Positions 58,616 to 64,000 of a DNA stretch of 64,000 nt are shown one piece after another. The notes beneath the pieces were generated by a model that was not told where the DNA came from, did no database searches, and saw nothing but the letters and a program-made list of their open reading frames with translations. A program made the translations under genes and the position numbers. The DNA is taken from NCBI GenBank assembly GCA_039028615.1, contig JBCCHT010000006.1, forward strand, positions 64,001 to 128,000, given 5' to 3'. This DNA is from Myxococcota bacterium. Its GTDB lineage: Bacteria > Myxococcota_A > Polyangia > Nannocystales > Nannocystaceae. How positions within the stretch are numbered: position 1 is the stretch's first letter; every line of letters starts with the position of its first letter.

Positions 58616-60298
58616 TCAAAAATCGACGACCGCTTCGAGCGCGAACAGGTCGTCGGCGAGCTGATTGGCCCGGCCTCCGTCCTCCCGCTGTACGAGGTAC
58701 TCCGCCTTGAGGATGACCCGGGGCGTGACCGCGAAGTTCAGGCCGACGGCATGCCCCTGGCGCGCCGTCTCGCTCCGATAGTCGAAGCTCGCCAGATCGG
58801 AGCGCAGCGGCACCCCGGCGACGATGCCCGGCACCACCAGGTCGGGGTCGGCGTGATCGAAGCGATACTGAACGGACACGCCCGGGCGCCCGTTCTTGCG
58901 CCGAAAGAGCATCTGAGAGACCTGGGCGTAGCCACCGAGCATCGCGCGGTCGGCGAACTCGACCTGATCGACCGCGCGGTCGACCCCGTAGACCACCTCG
59001 CCGCGCAGATTCGGCAGCGGGTAGCGGGTATCGAACATGTCGTCGAAGTCGATCTTCACGTGAGCGCCCGCTCGCCATGAAGGCGCTTGACCCAGCTCGG
59101 CCGTCGAGTCTCCGACCTCGGGCAGCACGGGCGCGGGATGCTTCGCGTAGACGAACGAGCCCCCGATCATCAGCGCGGGCACGGGGAAACCCCGCACGCG
59201 CGTCACGAAGGCCTTGTTGGTGTTGTTGTCCGGCGCAATGCCGAAGAACCCGGAGTTGATCGGCACCGGCTCGAGCTCGGCCGCATCGCCATCGAGCTCA
59301 CCCGGCCGTCGCCGACGCGAGCAGGTCGGGGCCAATACGGCGGGCTCGAGCAGGCTCGACAGAAACCGCGTCTGGGTGCACGGGTCCGAGTTGAACACGC
59401 CGACGTCGATCTCGATCGGGCGCGGCGACGAGAGTTTCTCGAAGGTCGGCTTCCACTTGAGCGACACGCCGACGTCGGACCACGTGCCGGGATAGACCCG
59501 CGCGGTGGTCATCGAGCGCGGCCGCGTGACGAACATGTTGACCGGCGAGGCGTGGACCTCGTCTTCGAGACCGAAGGGCACGATGAACACACCGGCCGAG
59601 AGCTTGAACCCGCGGCGAAACCAGGGCGCGGTCTGTTTGGCCCACACGAAGGGGTTGGCCTCGATGGCCACCGACTCGAAGAGCAACACGCGACGGGCCT
59701 GCGACAGGATATCGGGCTGCGACGCGGTGACCTGGGACTGCGGCAGCGACAGGAACTCCATCGCGATGAGGGCATGGACCGCGTCGGGCACGATCGGCGC
59801 CCCGACGTACAGCTCGGCCGAGTTGACGTCGAACGAGGGCATCGGGGCCAGCGTCTCGAAGTTGCCCTCTGCGTCGCGCTCGGCGATGTTGCTCCGCTGG
59901 GTGACGAAGAAGTTGGTCGCCACGTAGCCGCGGATCTGCAGCAGCCCGCGGTCGCGGCCGGCCGGGTGCGGGTCTCCGGGATCGAAGAAGGAGCCCGCAT
60001 GGGAGCCCGCGGGCTCTCGGTCCTCGAGCGGCTGCCGGACGAAGAGCGTGCGACGACGACGGGGCTTTTCCTCGGGCTCGGCTTCGGCCTCGGTCGGCTC
60101 GGCGCTCTCGGATGGTGAGGGCGAGGCAGGCGGAGCACTCGTGGTCGCGGCCGGAGCGGGCGACCCCGCCAGCTCGGGCGGCGCGGGCTCCGGCGGGACG
60201 TCGAGTTCTGGCACCGCGGAGTCCGGCTCCTGCGGCGACGCCGGCTGCATCAGCGCCACGCCGAGAGCAACCTTCGAGCCGAGGGGCAGGAGCATCAC
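58616..60298 (-). CDS. Outer-membrane beta-barrel (porin O/P-like)
   Basis: Signal-like N-terminus, Pro linker, AGVFIVPFG, WSDVGV, DNNTNKAFVTR, GGYAQV, ILKAEY, terminal EAVVDF. Confidence 0.72.
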   Translation of the reverse strand: MMLLPLGSKVALGVALMQPASPQEPDSAVPELDVPPEPAPPELAGSPAPAATTSAPPASPSPSESAEPTEAEAEPEEKPRRRRTLFVRQPLEDREPAGSHAGSFFDPGDPHPAGRDRGLLQIRGYVATNFFVTQRSNIAERDAEGNFETLAPMPSFDVNSAELYVGAPIVPDAVHALIAMEFLSLPQSQVTASQPDILSQARRVLLFESVAIEANPFVWAKQTAPWFRRGFKLSAGVFIVPFGLEDEVHASPVNMFVTRPRSMTTARVYPGTWSDVGVSLKWKPTFEKLSSPRPIEIDVGVFNSDPCTQTRFLSSLLEPAVLAPTCSRRRRPGELDGDAAELEPVPINSGFFGIAPDNNTNKAFVTRVRGFPVPALMIGGSFVYAKHPAPVLPEVGDSTAELGQAPSWRAGAHVKIDFDDMFDTRYPLPNLRGEVVYGVDRAVDQVEFADRAMLGGYAQVSQMLFRRKNGRPGVSVQYRFDHADPDLVVPGIVAGVPLRSDLASFDYRSETARQGHAVGLNFAVTPRVILKAEYLVQREDGGRANQLADDLFALEAVVDF

Positions 60299-60421
60299 GA
60301 GCCGGCAATGTACCCCAAGCGCTCCAGGGCCCCCAACCGCGCCCCCGTGCGCGCGCGACCCAGTGTCGCAGCCGGAACCCAGCCCGCGCGGCAGGGCGGC
60401 CCGCGAGGGGAACCGCCCGCC

Positions 60422-61018
60422 CTAGAAGTCGGCCAGAACCGCCGCCTTCTTGGCCTCGAACTCCTCGTCGGTCAGCAGCCCCGACTTGCGTGCCTCCTTG
60501 AGCTGCTCGAGCTTCGCCTTGAGCGTGGAGTCCCGCTTGTGCTCTTTGGACTTCTCCTCCTTCTTGGAGGCGTAGATGCGCTCGAACATCGCCTTGAGTT
60601 CGGCCTCGTCCACGTTGCGACCGTTGCGGAAGTAGTGGTCACTGACCTCGCCGATGGCCCAGGTCAGGGCGTAAGCCATGGAGATGGTGACCACCCAGCC
60701 GAAGAATGGGATGAGCTTGGCCGCGGCCATGATCAGGTTCTGCGCGACCACGCTGGCCCCGAACGTGCTCAGGATCTCCACGATCGACTTGTGGTCGAGC
60801 TTGTGGCCGTGGATCTTCCCAATCCCCTGCACCAATCCAATTTGGACCGGAGTGATGAGCGCCGTGTCGAGCAGCGGAATGGGCTGCACCGTCATGGCTC
60901 CGGCCGAGACACTACAGACCTGCACGAGCTCGCGAACGGCCCGGGCCTTCTCCGCCTCGCTCGCATCGTCGTAGTTGCCGTCGAGAACCCGCTTGAGCGT
61001 CGCCAGGTGAGTCGCCAC
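60422..61018 (-). CDS. DUF697-like protein with C-terminal SHOCT domain
   Basis: PIPLLD..ITPVQIGLV..IGKIHG, KLIPFFG..TWAIG; LEQLKEARKSGLLTDEEFEAKKAAVL. Confidence 0.85.
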   Translation of the reverse strand: MATHLATLKRVLDGNYDDASEAEKARAVRELVQVCSVSAGAMTVQPIPLLDTALITPVQIGLVQGIGKIHGHKLDHKSIVEILSTFGASVVAQNLIMAAAKLIPFFGWVVTISMAYALTWAIGEVSDHYFRNGRNVDEAELKAMFERIYASKKEEKSKEHKRDSTLKAKLEQLKEARKSGLLTDEEFEAKKAAVLADF

Positions 61019-61065
61019 GGACAGCAGCCTACCCGATCTGTTAGCGTTCGCATCGATCGTTGACC

Positions 61066-61410
61066 ATGGCTTTCGAGCACGAGCAAACCCAGGCCCTCCG
61101 CATCCTCCAAGGCATCGAGCAAGGCACCTTGAGCACCTCGCAGGCCTACGGCCTGCTCGTGGACGCCGACCCGGCGCTGCTGCACTTCATCTTCACCTGG
61201 CTGAGGGCGCACTACCCACCCAGTCATCCCGCGTCGCAGGGGGTCGTGGGGCGCCTGGTCGAGATCTGCAGCACCTATCCGCAGATTCCCCGCCGGGTGA
61301 AGGAAGGCGCCTCCGATCCGATCGTGGAGTGGTTCGAGGACGCTCATCGATACCGCGAGCTTCAGTCGCAGGAGTTCATCGCGCTGGTCATCGAGAAGCT
61401 CGAGGGCTGA
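61066..61410 (+). CDS. Hypothetical helical protein
   Basis: 114-aa protein-like ORF (DADPALLHFIFTWLR..DPIVEWFED); ends 4 nt before putP. Confidence 0.75.
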   Translation: MAFEHEQTQALRILQGIEQGTLSTSQAYGLLVDADPALLHFIFTWLRAHYPPSHPASQGVVGRLVEICSTYPQIPRRVKEGASDPIVEWFEDAHRYRELQSQEFIALVIEKLEG

Positions 61411-61414
61411 TCGG

Positions 61415-62938
61415 GTGCCCACGGCCGCCTACAAGCTGATCGGGATCGTCGTCTACCTGGCGATCCTCGTGGTCATCGGCGTGTTGGCGTCACGGCGCAT
61501 GAAGGACGTGCGCGACTACTTCGCGGGCGGTAAGACCATGGGCTTTTGGGCGGTGGCCTTCTCGGCCCGCGCCACCGGGGAATCGGCCTGGCTGCTGCTG
61601 GGCCTCACCGGGATGGGCGCCACCGTCGGCCTGCAATCGATGTGGGTCGTGGCCGGCGAGGTCGTGGGCGTCGGCGGAGCGTGGCTGCTGATGAGTCGTC
61701 GCTTCAAGCGGCTGACCGATCGCTACGACTCCCTGACCATTCCCGACTACCTCGAGTCCCGCTTCCGCGACCACGGGCACGTGCTGCGCATCGCCTCGGC
61801 CGGCGCGCTGGTGGTGTTCGTCACCATCTACGTCAGCGCCCAGATCGACGCCACGGGCAAGGCCTTCGAGAGCTTCCTCGACTGGAACTACTACGTGGGC
61901 ATCGCGGTCGGCTTCCTCGTGGTGCTGGCCTATGTGGTGAGCGGTGGGTTCGTGGCCGTGGTGTGGTCCGACGTCTTCCAGGGCGCGCTCATGGGCCTGG
62001 GGCTCGTGGCCTTGCCCGTCGTCGCCGTGATCTACGCAGGCGGGCCGGGAGCGGTCGCCGATGGCCTGAACGCGCAGGACCCCTCGCTGCTGCAGTTTTC
62101 CCTGGGCGAAGGCACCGAGGTCCTGGCCACGCTGGCGCTGTTGCTCATCGGGCTCGGTTTTTTGGGCTCGCCCCAGATCTTCGTCCGCTTCATCGCCCTG
62201 CGCTCCGAAGACGAGATCGGCCGAGGTGCCGCGGTCGCGATCCTCTGGACGCTGCTGGCCGACACGGGCGCGGTGCTCACGGGCATGCTCGGCCGGCACC
62301 TGCTCGTCGGCCCCGGCACGGACGTGGGCGCGCTGGGCTCGGGCGGCGAGGCAGTCTTGCCCTTGTTGGTCGAGCACCTGATGCCCGCGATCATCATCGG
62401 CCTGTTCATCGCCATCGTGCTCTCGGCGATCATGTCCACGGTGGACTCGCTGCTGGTCGTGGCCAGCAGCGCCGTCGTTCGCGACTGGTACCAGAAGGTT
62501 CGCGCCCCCCAGACTCCCGACGACGCCCTGGTCGGGCACAGCCGCATCGCCACCATGGCCCTGGCCGCGGTCGCGCTGGCCATTGCCCTCGGGGTCTCGT
62601 TCGCGACGCCCGGTCGCACCGTGTTCTGGTTCGTCATCTTCGGGTGGTCGGGCATCGCCGCCACATTTTGTCCGACCATGATCCTGTCGTTGTGGTGGTC
62701 GGGCATGACGGGGCGCGGAGCCTTGGCCGGCATGGTCACCGGCTTCGTCAGCGTTCCGTTGTTCAAGTTCGGAGCCCCGGCATTGCCACAAATGGGTGAT
62801 GCATTCGCCAAGCTCTCCGAGCTGCCGCCCGCCTTTGCAGCATCGATGGTGGTGGGGATCATCGTCAGTCGATTCGATTCCGCGGGACGAAGATCTCTGG
62901 CCACGGCCGCCGACGAACTACATGACGCGGCCTCATGA
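61415..62938 (+). CDS. putP: Sodium/proline symporter (SSS family)
   Basis: DYFAGGK, AFSARATGESAWLLLGLTG, TIPDYLESRF, GGFVAVVWSDVFQG, GFLGSPQIFVRFIA, SAIMSTVDSLL, FGWSG. Confidence 0.9.
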   Translation: MPTAAYKLIGIVVYLAILVVIGVLASRRMKDVRDYFAGGKTMGFWAVAFSARATGESAWLLLGLTGMGATVGLQSMWVVAGEVVGVGGAWLLMSRRFKRLTDRYDSLTIPDYLESRFRDHGHVLRIASAGALVVFVTIYVSAQIDATGKAFESFLDWNYYVGIAVGFLVVLAYVVSGGFVAVVWSDVFQGALMGLGLVALPVVAVIYAGGPGAVADGLNAQDPSLLQFSLGEGTEVLATLALLLIGLGFLGSPQIFVRFIALRSEDEIGRGAAVAILWTLLADTGAVLTGMLGRHLLVGPGTDVGALGSGGEAVLPLLVEHLMPAIIIGLFIAIVLSAIMSTVDSLLVVASSAVVRDWYQKVRAPQTPDDALVGHSRIATMALAAVALAIALGVSFATPGRTVFWFVIFGWSGIAATFCPTMILSLWWSGMTGRGALAGMVTGFVSVPLFKFGAPALPQMGDAFAKLSELPPAFAASMVVGIIVSRFDSAGRRSLATAADELHDAAS

Positions 62939-63282
62939 ATTTCAGCAACTCACCTACAGTCACGCGTAGGACACTCCCTGACAGCGTTTCCAGGGATCCC
63001 TGATGGCCCAACGGGCCGTTTCGCATCCGCTCACCCGCGATGGCTGCGCACCTGCTCGAAAGCGCGTGATATCTGCGACGGCATCGGCGCAGAGACCGTC
63101 GGGATTTCCACCCTTTCGGGACAGACCGATCGGCCGATTGTGGATCATTTGGCTTCGGAGCGGGAAACTAGGGCGACGCCATTGGCGTCCATGCGTTCGA
63201 GGCCGGCGGCGTCAGTACCAGATCAGGCCGACTTGCACATACTCGAACGACGTCTCCGCAAACACGCGAACGCCCCCTCGCC

Positions 63283-64000
63283 ATGGCGGGAGTCCAACTG
63301 CCTAACGACAACGACTGGTCGGACGACGACGTCGCCTTGATGGAGACGACGGCGGCCGGCGATTCCACTTCGGTGGGTCGCGTACCAATGGTGGCCCTGC
63401 CCGAGCAGGGCGACTACCTCGGGCCGTATGTCGTCGAGGGCACGCTGGGCGCAGGGGCAATGGGCGTGGTGTATCGAGCCGTCGATCCCGGCCGCCGCGA
63501 GTCGGTCGCGATCAAGCTGCTGCATCACGTGCGACCCGACGACACGGGCAGCTCTCCCGAAGAGCGATGGCTGGCCAACGAAGCGGGTGCGCTGGCTCGA
63601 CTGAGTCACCCCAACGTGGTCTCGGTGCTCGGGGTCGGCACCTTCGATGACCGCCCCTTCTTGGCGATGGAGCTGGTCGAGGGCACGACGCTGTCGGCGT
63701 GGCTCGAGTCGGAGCGGGCGTGGTGGGAGATCGTGCCCGTCATTCGCGATGCCGCCCGAGGGCTGGCCGCGGTGCACGATGCCGGCCTCATCCACGGCGA
63801 CTTCAAGCCCGACAACGTCATGGTCGGTCACGACGGTCGCGTGCGCGTCATGGACTTCGGGCTCGCTCGCTCCGTGTTGGCCCCCGACCCATCCATCGGT
63901 CGAGTCGCGGTCGATCGCCACGGCGTGTCGCGACACAAGCCGATCGGCACCCCGGCCTATATGGCACCCGAGCAGCTCGCCGGTCGCCCCGCGGGGCCCA
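63283..64000 (+). CDS. Ser/Thr protein kinase (non-RD); runs off the window
   Basis: Absent from the track; translated by hand from ATG 63283: LGAGAMGVVY, VAIK, HPNVV, HGDFKPDN, DFG, GTPAYMAPE. Confidence 0.9.
   Translation, partial: MAGVQLPNDNDWSDDDVALMETTAAGDSTSVGRVPMVALPEQGDYLGPYVVEGTLGAGAMGVVYRAVDPGRRESVAIKLLHHVRPDDTGSSPEERWLANEAGALARLSHPNVVSVLGVGTFDDRPFLAMELVEGTTLSAWLESERAWWEIVPVIRDAARGLAAVHDAGLIHGDFKPDNVMVGHDGRVRVMDFGLARSVLAPDPSIGRVAVDRHGVSRHKPIGTPAYMAPEQLAGRPAGP

Overview
GC-rich bacterial DNA (about 70% by eye). The gene content points to a myxobacterium, probably Nannocystaceae-like: four Hanks-type Ser/Thr kinases, many Cys-rich lipoproteins, a MYXO-CTERM-like protease and an ECF sigma cassette. 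About 50 credible CDSs are present. The recognisable core genes are a RamB-type regulator divergent from aceB-aceA (glyoxylate shunt), yebC, putP, an OPT transporter, a FadL-like channel, an RCK-gated K+ channel and an OmpA/TSP3 protein. I saw no rRNA, tRNA, CRISPR array or transposase. The most interesting locus is a two-gene unit at 6013-7848. It pairs a PlpX-like (splicease-type) radical SAM/SPASM enzyme with an unusual Zn-ribbon + lipoprotein substrate candidate carrying two K-Y-G-G motifs, suggesting a membrane-anchored protein with beta-ketoamide backbone modification. Other notable items: a four-gene secreted operon (Cys-rich proprotein plus protease), a putative trans-envelope ECF signalling cassette, a 167-bp MITE/ERIC-like palindromic element, a structured RNA leader with an occluded RBS, and a pattern of -10 boxes placed directly before start codons (leaderless mRNAs). 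All family calls come from motif recognition by eye; no searches were run.
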